A program made the translations under genes and the position numbers. Source: Adineta vaga (lineage: Eukaryota > Animalia > Rotifera). Taken from it: a stretch of DNA of 64,000 bases. Position 1 is the first letter of the stretch, and each line of letters opens with the position of its first letter. The notes beneath the pieces were generated by a model. The model saw only the letters and a program-made list of their open reading frames with translations, did no database searches and was not told where the DNA came from. Of this stretch, positions 28,875-41,426 are shown piece after piece. The DNA is taken from positions 5,518,001 through 5,582,000 of the forward strand of contig CP075496.1 in NCBI GenBank assembly GCA_021613535.1, written 5' to 3'.

Positions 28875-29830
28875 TGATTGTTTTTCTTTTCTTTTTATAC
28901 TGCTTACTGTTGTGCGTGTCGTTTAATTTTATTTTCTGCATGCAGTCTATCTTCATTCCATTGACATCTATTAGAAATCCCTTTGGTGTTTGAAGACTGA
29001 GCGACAGCCACGTTATTTATTCACGATTTCTAAATCTGACCAAAGACAAAACATAAGAAAATCATCAGAATAGTCAACATTGTGATCTAAACAAATGTTG
29101 GAGCGATGGGATACACCATTTGTCTTCCGTCTCTTCATCAAAACCATTTTACATTATCATTCCTTATATATATACATATATATTTATTGACATAAGAAAA
29201 CATTTCCTTCCCTTTTCATAAACGTCCATTTCATTCATTACTTACGTTTCGTCATCATTCTATTATCAAATATCTATTCGTATTATATATATATATGTAT
29301 GTATGTATGTGAGTATATGTCTTTGCAGAATGACAAGTGTGCACAAACTGTAATTTTATCAACACACCTTCTTCACGTTTTTCTTTCATTTGTGTCTTAT
29401 AAATAAAAAGAATATAATTAAAATGTTTGAATCAAAAACTTTGATTTTTCAAACACATGGCAAACAGAATCTATCTTACTAGATATTTCAATTTCAGTTA
29501 AAAACTCATCGAGATAAATAATATCAGATACTAGACATCTATGAAATTTAAATTAATATATGTTTAAATATGATCCTACTAGCAAGAAATAATCAATGTA
29601 TTACATGCAAGTTTTTTTTTAATATGAATGTCTTGATCGTGACTAGGTGCTATCATCCAAAAACATAATTTATATTAAACTAATCTTACACATATACATA
29701 TATGTAACGCCGAAAGAAAAAGGAAGTAGGTGTGTAATATTGATAATTATTTAGAGAATTTTCGTCATATTCTTTTTTTATAAAATAATGGAAAAAGAAA
29801 GAATTTTGATGATTGATAGATTTTTTACAG

Positions 29831-30283
29831 TTGAAATAAAGAGGAAATTAGATGAATATAAGAATGATGAGACAACGGAAGTTATTAGAGATACTTTCTA
29901 CAATGACGAATAACTGTCAAAAGATTTTTTCTATAGGTAATTAGATTTTAAAAAAGAGAATGAATAGAATTGAAACGCATTGTCGTTAGTAAAAAAAAAC
30001 CTGATCGTAAAGAATGAATGATTGATTGTCGGATATGAATAGAGGACATTTGTCTTGATCAAATAAATGTAAAGCATATGATGATTTATTGACTATTTAT
30101 CATTTTTCAGACGAATAACTCGATGTAAATGACACATTATGTAAGAAATTCCTTCTGAATATTTCGAGTATCTTCTCTCTTTATCAGACTTCATACTATC
30201 ATCTATGAGAAATGATTTCAGTAGAGCAATGAATTCTAATTATATTGTTTATTCTTAAGATTCATGATTTGATGCAGACAATG
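29831..30283 (+). pseudogene. Possible decayed multi-exon gene relic
   Basis: The exon-like segment TTTTACAG|...|GTAATT (29831-29936) reads EIKRKLDEYKNDETTEVIRDTFYNDE*LSKDFFYR with an internal stop. Further AG/GT-bounded pieces lie at ~30112-30140 and ~30188-30282. Confidence 0.3.
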
Positions 30284-32304
30284 GTAAGTTGAGTGAACTT
30301 AATTACAGTGTAATTAGATAAATATGATCATAGGTTACGATCCAGTCACAATAGTATTTAGTCTAATTTGTAAACATAAATATTCATTATCTGATGTTTA
30401 CTTTTATCAAGAAATATGCAATGATTCATCATCTCGATGTCATAAATCTTTTCAAAATATTCAGTTTTGTTTGATCCCATGTCAACTCATGTTACACATA
30501 ATCTTTGTGTCTTTTAGTATTCCAGTACACTATAAGCAGCTTGAGATTTATTGTTGTAAACTTACCTTCGAAATTTAGGAAAGATTTTTCTGATATAGTG
30601 AGAAACTATGTATAGTGCATTGTGAACAATGATAGCGCACGCGAAGCAGCAAAATACATAATCAGATAGAGCGAGAGAATGAGCGTTCGAGCGATAACGA
30701 GCAGTGCACACGAAAAAACAACAACAACAACAATAAGATGAATAATTGAGTTAGTACTATTTTTTTTTGTGCGGTTTAAGCTGATGATGGTGATTCGAAA
30801 GCAAAAACATGCGACGAAAAGAAAAGCGTCAATTATGATTGAAATAAATTAAAGAAGAAAGCAGCATTAGCGGGCATTGGGAAACATGCGTTAAAACATT
30901 CAATAGTGAGAAAGAAAACAACAGAATAAAAGGAAAACATAAAGCCATGCGTCTTTTCTCATTCGAAAAACAACGAAAAGTGAGTATATTGAACTTCACT
31001 TATTTATTATTATATTTTTTTTCCTATCCACGAGAAAGAAAAAACAAAAGAGAAGAGACATACATTAAATTCTTTTTTTTGTTTGCTTTTGTTGTTTCTA
31101 TGGACTGTTGAACACACATACACGTACATAGAGAGAAAAAAATCGAACGATAAAATTATCGTGCATGCGAAATCAAAAGAAACTGGAATAGCACCAGTAA
31201 CAAATAAACAAAGGATACACTTTCAACGAGATCAAATAGCACGTACTTGCTCTATGTTAATGTTAAGTTCTTATTTAATAGAGTAGAGAGAATATTGCAA
31301 AAAAAAGATAGAAAAACAGTAACAACAACGAATATTTCAGAACACTGTTCGCATAAGAGAGAGAGAAAGAAAGAAAGAGTATGTTTAGTTTTGATCTTTA
31401 AGGCTTTTGTTAAAAAGATGATGGACATCACTATTGCACCACGGAAAGAAAACATTTGTAAGAGAGAAAGAATACACAGAGAAAAATGACATGAAAATTC
31501 TATAGTGATTTATCGTCTTGACTCAGGTCGATCGATCATTAGCTACTACTGTTCACTCTACAAAGCGATAGAAAAGGTGATCAAAACGAACACGGAATGT
31601 GTAGCTGAGAAAGACGATTGACTAGGATCAATCTTTTATGTATTGTATGAAAAGAAAGAAGGATGATACGTAAGAAAAACTATACAAAAAACAAACGAGC
31701 ATTACACCGGATATTCTCTTCTCTCTCTTGTACGATTCAAATATCCTTAATCTGGATGTATATCATTTGCTGCTTCCTGCGCATGCACTAGTAAATTTGA
31801 ATTTTCACTCTCAACTAATGTAAATACAAATAAGGAATAAAAAGAAAAGAAGAAATTATTGTTGTTTTTTTCGAAGTAGTTTCAAGAAGATGATGTTGAC
31901 AAATAGAAAAACAAAACAAAACAAAAAATGTATATAACTGCTGATTATAAGTTTCTTAGTTATTTTGTAATTTCTCATACACATATTAATCTGTCTATGT
32001 GCATGTACTGTAGAATTTTCTCATCACAAACTGGAAACAACGAACAAACGAAACAGATAAACAAACAAACAAACAAACAAAAAAAAATAGAAATCATAAA
32101 CATCAAGAACAGTAAGAGAATGAGAGAAAGAGAAATAGAAGAAAAAAGAGAAGATACATGTTTTATGTGTAATGTTATGTGTGGGTGTAAAGAAGAAAGA
32201 CCAAATGTGTTTATGTATGTAGAAAAAAAGAACGAAAACCTACGTACTTGTCGTAAGAAATGAGAAATGAACGAGAAGAGAAATGAAAAGAAGAAAGAGG
32301 ATAG

Positions 32305-33491
32305 CTAATATGGGCGATTAGTTGTTGTTGTAACAGAACAGGTAATGTTCGAACGCCAGCTTTTATTATAATTGAAATAAAGAATTTGCCGTTGAAGCTC
32401 TTCAATACATATATGATAAATTTACATTCATTTTTCGAACAATTTCCCAAAATAGCTTCTTTACAAATAGACACATAACCGTTATTAACTTCTACAGAAT
32501 CTAAAAGTAAATCTTATTGTTAGACATTGGTATATTTCCAGTGTTATTTACCTTCAGCTAAATGAACATATTTGCATTGGGGTCGTGTGCAACGGCGCGA
32601 TTTAAAGTCTCGGCAAATGGGAAGTATATCCAGTAACTAAGAAATTAAACGAAAAAAAAGAGACAATTAATTTTCAATACATTAATTTCATTCAAAACAA
32701 AACTTGTGTGTATGATTATCATGCAACAACTGCTCGATAAACATACACATCAACACAACCGAAAGAAATAAGAATACGAAGGAAATGTTAAATAGTGCAT
32801 GCAGAAAAAAAACAAAAGAATACATAGAAAAGTAGAAGGTTAGGAGGAAGACATCTTCTAGATTGTCATCAAAGTGAAAATTAACTAGATCGATATTTGA
32901 AACAATTAATACTCACTTTTCATTTGTGGTTGAGCTGAACAGATTGAACGAGCGAAAGAAAGAAGAAAGCAAAGAATAAACAAAATGAACATATATATAA
33001 TTATATATATATATATATGCAAAACAAATCATCGAAATGATATCCTATCATGCATGCAGAATCTTGCCTAACAATTTCTTTTTTTGTTAAATAAACCTCT
33101 CACTTGTCCTTTTTTATCAATATAAGTTACATAAGATGAACCCACAGACACAAGAGCACCCTGAGCAGCGACAATTTCGGGTGATGGTATATCTGCAGAT
33201 GCGATAAGATTGTTTTTTTTTGGAAAAAAACAAACACGTAGGTTAGAAAAAATTTCGATAAAATATTTGTCATGCTCAACAAAAATCTAAGCAATATACT
33301 TACAAGCCATAGGAACAGCTGTTAAATAGGGTTGTTGAAATTGAATTGGTAATGGTGATGGTGATGGATAGGAAAATGCTGTAACTGGATAAGCAGCCAT
33401 TGGTATACCTGTTTTAGGATCAGCAATTGCTGAACGTTTTTGTTGTTGCTGTTGTTGTGCTAATACTGCTGCCTGTGTATGTTGCTGCTGC

Positions 33492-33524
<33 letters not shown>

Positions 33525-36500
33525 GAGTGTTGGGGAACAAATTGAGGTGCAGCAATAAGTTGTGCTCCAAGTGGCTGAAATAAAAGAGACAATTTTCTGT
33601 ATGGAATAATTTTTTGACTCCGAAAAAAACTTGATTTATTTTTTTTCTTTGCTTTGTTAATATATCATCCCGAAAGTTTTACTTAGAGCTGTTTTTTTTG
33701 TTTAGAAATAATAAGAAAAAATGCTGTATTTGTTTTTTGTTTATGCATAAAACTGACCAAACCACAAGAAGCATATTTGAATGTAAGCAAAGAAGTCAAA
33801 TAAGCAAGCATGAAAGCATATTATCTTCTTAGTTTTTCTTTTCGTTTGTGGTTCGATCAGTTTCTTTCTTATGGTCAGTAGAATTAGGCATGATTATAGT
33901 TATTGGCATTCTTTTTTTGTCAGTGTTCAAAGCGTACAAAGCAAACAGAAAAAAAATAAATCAAGGATAGAAAAGCATGTGTGCAATACCAGCTGCAGGT
34001 AGGCACCGGTAGTAGTAGCAGTATCGTCTTCAAGCGGTCGTTTTTTTGTCTGCTGTGTGATGCTGCTGCTAACAGGATCGATTGCTGCCTAGATTAGTAT
34101 AAAAGAGGATAATAGAGAAAAAGAATGTTTGTGCAACAAGCAAAATACAAACAAAAGAATAAAAACAACACGAACAACACACAATAAGCTGCTGCTGTTT
34201 TTTGTTCTTTTTTTTAAGAGAAACAAAACAACAGAAATGTCGGTAATAGAGTTTTCTTTTTATAGTCATTTAATAATTGAAAATGAGGGAAAATGTATAA
34301 GAAGAAGTTTAGAAAGAGCTGCTGCAATTTCCATTACGTGCTAATTTTGCTAAGCTTTTTAAGCACGCATGAGATTGCTTCTAAAAGAAATGTAATATAT
34401 ACATAGATGTATAATAACCAAGGAAGTCCGTGTGATTGACTAAAAGAATATGTCATGTTGTTATCAATTAAGCTCATTATCATTCATTATTATCATCACA
34501 AGTCATATTCACATAAGGCAATGGCATCTGCGATAGAAAAGAATAAGGCTACTGATAATGCTTGCTGCACAATGACATTATTATATTAAAGAAAACAAAA
34601 ACAAAAGAAAAAATCCTTTCCAGGTTTTATTTACTAACCTTAACACCTGTCGATGAGGATGAAGATGATGACGAAGAATTATTGTGACCGATCATTTCAC
34701 CATTTGTTGCATTGATCATTGATGGCTACGAAGAATAAGTTTATGTTTGTTTTGAATTTTTATAAACACTTATTTACATCTTTTACATCAACTGATGGAG
34801 CTCGAGTGTAAATTGCTTGTATTCCTCCTGGATATGCTTGATACGATGTGATAAAACCGTTTGCATATTTTCCTTCTTCATCATGACCAGATTGTTGTTG
34901 TTGTTGTTGCTGCTGCTGCTGCTGCTAGAAAAAAGAGAGAACAATTGAGAATACTGCAGAGTGTTTAGATATAAGTGATTTGATTGATTAGATTAAATAT
35001 GTAGATATATAATATGAAAAATGAAAGCAATAGCAAAGCGTGCAGGGAATATGAAGCATACCAAAGGCGAGGAAGAAGCATGTGCTGTAGGTGTTTTTTG
35101 AGAATAGGTAAAAGTAGTTGATGGTCCAGCCAATAGAGGCTGACTACTGTTCAATGCAAGAGAATGAACTAGTTGAATAGTTGGTTGCGAATATTGAATT
35201 GCAGCTGGTGATGTTGTATAAACTTGTGTAACAGCTGTCGCTGATTGTGCTTTAACTGCTTTCAATTGTGCAACAAGATGTTCAGGTGGATGGAAATATT
35301 TGCATGTTTCACGAATACATTTTCCTTTAATAAAATCCACACAAACAGTAACAAGACCATCTGCATCAAGTGGACAATGTGCTTGCGGATGTGCAAAATG
35401 ACATGCCTCGGCACTATGTATGCATCGACCATGCTGAAAATCTGAACATACCTAGAAAGAAAACAACGACAAGGGGAAAACAAGCTGTACACAAGAAAAA
35501 GCCTGCATGGGATTGAAAATGCTTTTGCATTGAAAAAACCAAGTGTTTTTTTTTACAAAAGAAAAATACATGCGCTCAGTAATGTAAAATAAAATAAAAC
35601 CTAGAGAAGCAAGCAATAAGCAAGTAGACAAAGAGTTCATATGTGTCAATGCATAGATACTAAGCATAAAACAATAATAATATAAGTGCCCAAACAATAC
35701 ACAACACACAAATTAGTTTAAATATCAAACAAAAAAGTCTAGAGAGAAGATAAGTGTAGGATAATATCTATGATAAAAATCTTCTAGATAATATTGAAGC
35801 TGCCCTCAGTTTTGCTTTAGATTATATGGTGATATATATATACACGCTTATATGCTGTTTAAATATAAGATTATCACTTACATAGAGAGTGTCAAGTTCA
35901 AAATACGACTAAATGGGATACACAGAACGTTTTAGTAGACAAACAAATGAATGTTACACGATTATATATCATGCAATAAAAGAAAGATATTTTCCTTTTT
36001 TTCCAATCTCAAATCAAAGTAGCTTTCCCGTCAGAAAAAAAAGGAAAATTCAATGATGCGTCAGATCAAACGATAAGCACACAAATACAACACAGAATAC
36101 AGAGAACATATCCCACGCTCATCACAATAATATAACAAACCTTTAAGGCATCATGATTGGAATTGTTGTTCTGATATACCTATAGAAATGTAAGTGTGAG
36201 GATGACGTTTCATTTTTCGTTTCCTTCTAGTGTGTGGTTGTGTTTTTAAAAATTAATGATAATCGAAAAAAAAAGTCAAAAAGGGATACAACGCCAAAGT
36301 ATAAGGTTTAGCAGCAAAATAATAAGAATAAAGTTGCACACATACACTCGCAATGTGTAGATATATAAATCTGCGTCTATATATGTGTTTATGTATGTGT
36401 TTGTATGAATATGAGCGAGACACATGCTTCGAAGAGCTTCGTTCATTTTTAATGCTTGGCTAGTTTATTTGTTTATTTTTTTTATGATACGAAGAGCAAC

Positions 36501-39166
36501 ACCAACAGCAGCTGGCAAAATGATAGCGACTGGTAGGTAAAGAGATCAGATATTTTCAGAGCAGATTAGTGTACTAAACTAAGTTTTGAGCTCCATAGAA
36601 ACATGGCAGGAAAATATGATTGGCTGCAAGATTGCCGTTTGCTACTAGCCATGGTTAATTTAGTCTATCTATCCAGTTTTTTTTCAACTAGCTGCTTCAG
36701 CGTGCACATGGAGCAATTATATATACAGAAGTATTTTTTATGGGTTTGGCGCGCTTTGGCTGGTAAAAGACACATTTATACATCTCACTTACCAGAAACT
36801 CTCTCAGAACTATATAAATATGAGGAGATAAAAATATGATGGGAGTAAAAAGAAAATTCCAACATAAGATGTTTATTAAAAGAAACATACTTCGAGACGA
36901 TCAGTACGTGTTGCTTTTTGTCCAGTTGCTTGTTGTGCAGTTAAGTGTGTCACCGGTTGAAAATATTGCGCACCATCTGAACTATACATAGCACTTGCAT
37001 TTGTAGCCTGTGATAATTGTTGTAAATGAGTTGCATGTAAAGGAATGCTAAAAGCTTGACCGGCTTGATTAAATAACAAGGTTGATTGAGGCGGAGCAGC
37101 TGGTCCCATATGAGGATAGGAGGCCTATGTTCAAAGAGATTGAAAAGAAATTTCTCTAAATATTCTTATTTTTAAAAAATATACTTACGAGAGAAGCAGT
37201 TTGTTGCATGGGATTTTGAATAATAGCACCGTTGGGATATGATAAATGAGTAGCCGTTTGTGGATAAATAGCTTGATTAGCAGCGATATTCATAGCTAAA
37301 TAGAAACAATGAAATCACAAAAGTTTTATGATATATTAAAAGATATTTCATACCAATACTACGAAGAATAAGATTGTTGCGTCCGTTTTGAAGTAAAATA
37401 TCGCGTAAGTGTTGAGGTGGATGAAGATATTTACACGGTGGATTAGTACGATTGCATTTGCCCTAGATCAATATAGAAAATACAATTAATCGAAAATCAT
37501 TAATTGAAATATCAATAGAGAAAAAGCAAATGAATTTTTCACTTGTCTGTTGATTATTACTATTCATGGTCAAGACACTCAAATGATCAAATAAAATTTT
37601 CTCATTTATATATGTACATAAGATAAAAAAAACGACAAAGAAAGTCTCGTTTTACATTTTACAATGACGTATTGTATAGATTCGATTATCTTCTCACTTA
37701 CTTGCTCTGAATGCATGAAAAAATCTCGTGTTTATTTCGTTTTCTTCTTTCGCTTAATTTCGAATCATCATGTATCAATGATGGTGATAATATACACAAA
37801 TTGAAGATAACCGGTCAAGTATAGACACAATATGCATATGAATTGTAAAGTGTATATGATATATCTTTTCGTTTTTTTTCTCTCTTTCTCTATGTCTGAT
37901 ATGAAGCCTCCGTTTTGTCACTCGTCTTTTTTTTCTTTTATTCATTCTCTATCTCTTCATTGTTCGATTAAATATGGGCATGCAATACAATATAATAAAA
38001 TACGACATGAAATGAGTAAACGCTGATTTAAAAAAAAAAGAAAACGAAGAAGAAGAATGAATTCGACTCTATTCGTTCTGCACATATCATACACCTAACC
38101 TGTATATTAAAGGTCGCGCTCGATGCTATATGTTCTCAATAAATGTTCAAACAGAACAGTTCTCGTAAGATAAACAAAACAAATAAGAGAAGAAGGAGAA
38201 GAAGAAAAAAAACCGTTCGGCCTCTGCCTTTATGATTTTAATCAATTTCAAAAATCGTATATAAATTTGATAGATGTCCTTAGTACAGTTAGAGAGATTT
38301 TTCAAAACTCGATTGGCTCAAGTCTGATTGATAATTATTCTTGTTTTTCTTCTTCTATAGGTTTCTATATTTAGAAAACATTTTCAAATTTCTTCATCAA
38401 ATATAAGATAGAGAGTAGAAACGCTTTTACATGAATGAGTTTCTTTTAATATCAGCATATATTTATAAGTGTTTTTCAGGTATATAGAAAAAATAATCAT
38501 ACAATTTCTCTAAAAGATTAAACTTCCTTTGGGATATCTAAAACAACGTCCTTTTCAACAATACTTCAAAAGAAATTATTTTAGTTTAAAATTATGTAAA
38601 TGAAATTATAGTGTCGTTTTAGTTCTGATACTATGAGAATAACTATGATATAATCTGAATATAGATATGCTTTGTTGAGAGAGAATTCGAAAATAACTCT
38701 CTAGACAAAAGAATGTTTTCTTTTCAAAGATGGTGGGCATCGTTTCGTAAGAATTAGTTGAATGAGATATTATGATATGTAAAATACAAACCTTCAATGA
38801 ATCAAAGCAGGCGATTACTTTACCACTGTTAACTTCAACATGTGTCGGTGGATGGGCAAATTTACATTCTTGTTCAGACCGGGTACATTTTCCACGTTGA
38901 TATTCACGGCAAACTTCAAGTGTAAGCCAACGTGAATCTTTAACATTGGCTATCGATGCTAATAAAGGCATATTAGCTGCTGCTTGAGCTGCTGCAGCTG
39001 CAGCCGCAGCGGCTTGAACTTGTGCGTTTGTTGTAGGAGATCCAGCAGCAGATGATGATGAAGAACCACCTAATGATGTTACATACTGTTGAGGATGCAT
39101 ACTGTTCGGTGACGAATGATGAGGGCCGTGTGGATCGGCAGTTGTAGCGGCAAAACTGAAAGACAT
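32305..39166 (-). CDS. MBNL: Muscleblind-like RNA-binding protein with three tandem CCCH zinc-finger pairs
   Basis: Exons 39166-38792, 37462-37354, 37295-37189, 37124-36891, 35451-35062, 34924-34778, 34725-34639, [34088-33990], 33574-33304, 33192-33104, 32636-32552, 32500-32305. All splice phases are consistent. Peptides include [31 protein letters not shown]...CKYLHPP, DRLEVC and [10 protein letters not shown]. The last exon needs one extra base at 32418-32420; as written the frame ends at 32211. Confidence 0.95.
33990..34088 (-). CDS. Putative 99-nt alternative cassette exon of muscleblind (KKRPLE NLS)
   Basis: Acceptor TACTAATCTAG|GCA and donor CTG|GTATTG, phase 0-0. It encodes [33 protein letters not shown]. 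Confidence 0.75.
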
Positions 39167-39680
39167 TTACAAGGCTCACTGTTTGTCGGATGTATGGCAC
39201 TGTTTTGTATACGTATATGCGAATATTTAATGATGACTTTGTTTTGTCAAGACTTCATCGTTTAGAAATGAACATATCATGAAAATAGCATGATCTAATG
39301 TCGTTTAACATCTAGAAAATTTGTACATGGTTAATACATTATTATTGAAAGAAAAACTAAAAAGAAATAATATGACTAAATCAATCATTGTTACCTTGAT
39401 ATGATTTATTAGTGAATTACTCTTATGCATACATTCCTTCATGAATATATGCATGTAGTGGAAGAATGAAGTAGAGAAGACTGCTGAAAGTAATTGACAT
39501 TTTATAGTCTATTAAGCGATGGAAGAATAAAAACAAAGACGAACAAAAAGTGTTATAAGAGGAGTGGCAAATAGGCAATTTCAGAATAATAGTGTAATTT
39601 GATCAATATCGATGTTTGTCGTCACCATGAATCTAACGATTATAGTGATAGTAAGAGTGGGCTACGAGTGTCATTGCTTT

Positions 39681-39704
39681 CATTCTCATTCTCATTCTCA
39701 TTCT
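39681..39704. repeat. (CATTCT)4 short tandem repeat in the muscleblind 5' intron
   Basis: cattctcattctcattctcattct read directly. Confidence 0.85.
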
Positions 39705-41426
39705 CGTTATTGTTGTTGTTATTGTAATGTGGATCTAAAATGAAAGCGCGCGTCGTATAATGAATAACTGTCGGAAAAATATGATCATTCAAATAGCAAC
39801 AACAACAACAACAGCAATCAGTGGAACTTCAGTTCTTGATATTCTTTATAATATAGTATTTATTTTTCTTCTTTTTCTTTTTCTTTTTCTCGTTTCGCCT
39901 TTTCCTCTTATTTCTTTTCTCTTTCTTTTCACCTAACATGTCGCGCATTCGTCTTTTTTTAAATTCTATTACCTACCATCTATATGAATCAAACATTGTG
40001 CATCATAAAGCATACATTTATGGTGTATTATTGAACACACACTTATATATATATATAAAGAGAGAAGATAACTGTTTAGCTATGTATTGTCTAAAAGACA
40101 AGGTTGATATCTTATGTCATTATTATTTTAGGTTTTTACTAGTGTATAAATGAAATTATTCCTGAAGGAAGATGCTGAGATAGTACAGATAGAAATGTCG
40201 ATGAAGGTTTTTCCTATGATACGAGTAGTATATTGAAAGTAACAAAGACTGATATTATTCGAATATGAATACAAGTAGTAATCGGATCCGATTATGAAAA
40301 GAAGTGCTCGAGTGACGGCGATTTCTATTTGTCATCTAAACTAAAAAGAAAAAAGAAAACAGCAGGAATAAGCTAAACAAATATATCGTGTTAATGATAA
40401 TGCATAAGTGTAATGCAACAAAATACAAAAAACGGCTAGTATTGATCAACCATCAGTGGCACGCAAACCGTTCAATATAACAAGGACCCATTTGCTTCTT
40501 CATATTCTCTCTTTTTTTCTCTTTTTTTTTCATTTTATCGACGCAAGATGAAGGAAGAAAAAAGAAAAGAGTACAACTACTCACGCTCATGTGTCAAATA
40601 TACCATTGCTTCAACAACAGGAGAGAAAAAAAAGAACAGCGTCGTCGACGCCCTAAGTTCCTTTCTGTCGACGTAACATTGCATTCGAAATATATATATA
40701 TATATATATGCAAGAGAACTGCCATCATTTTTTTGCAGTTTTCTTTTGCAAGTGATATTTGCGCGTGTATTTTTCTTCCTTTTGCATTTTTTTCTCTCAT
40801 TCTCATCACTAAAATAATGTCAAAATGTTAAACTTGCTCTATGTGCGATTATCGCAAACATCTCTGTGTAGACAAGTAGATAGAGTAATAGTAAAAAAAG
40901 AAAGTCAACATTAAAAATGCTTTATTTATAAGGAGGGTCTAGATACAAGCTTGATATTCATTATATCGGTTCATTGAATAATCCTTATCTAATATTGTTT
41001 TCTTCACTAAACTAAGGTTTTTTTGTTTATACTACTGTCATTATTCTTTTACGTTATTATCCTAAATGAATGGACAGAATAGATCTTATAAGACAGATAA
41101 TTGATGAACAACGAAATGTACAAGAAACATAAATGATGACAACGATACAAAATGCAAGGTTATCCATCAGACAAACAGAATAGTGAAAAGAACTTAACAG
41201 ATGGTATGCTGACTTTCATCAATTGGTAAATGTATACATAAATATATATATATATAATATATATTTATATCGTTGATGTGTATGGCAACGATGAAAGAAT
41301 GCTAATTTTCTAAATTCGTTTATGTCAAAAAATCTTAACTAATCTATGCGTTAAGGAAATTTTATTAAAGGATAAATAAACAAAAATGATCGTTGAAAGA
41401 AAATAGATAATAAAGAGAAAACTCAC

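Noticed and set aside
32415-32424. AAAUUUA as a programmed -1 frameshift signal
   Set aside because: The heptamer is not in the X XXY YYZ phase and I see no clear downstream stimulatory structure; an indel error is more parsimonious.
33480-33525. CTG/TTG repeat inside muscleblind, reminiscent of toxic CUG repeats
   Set aside because: On the sense strand it is CAA/CAG encoding ordinary polyglutamine.
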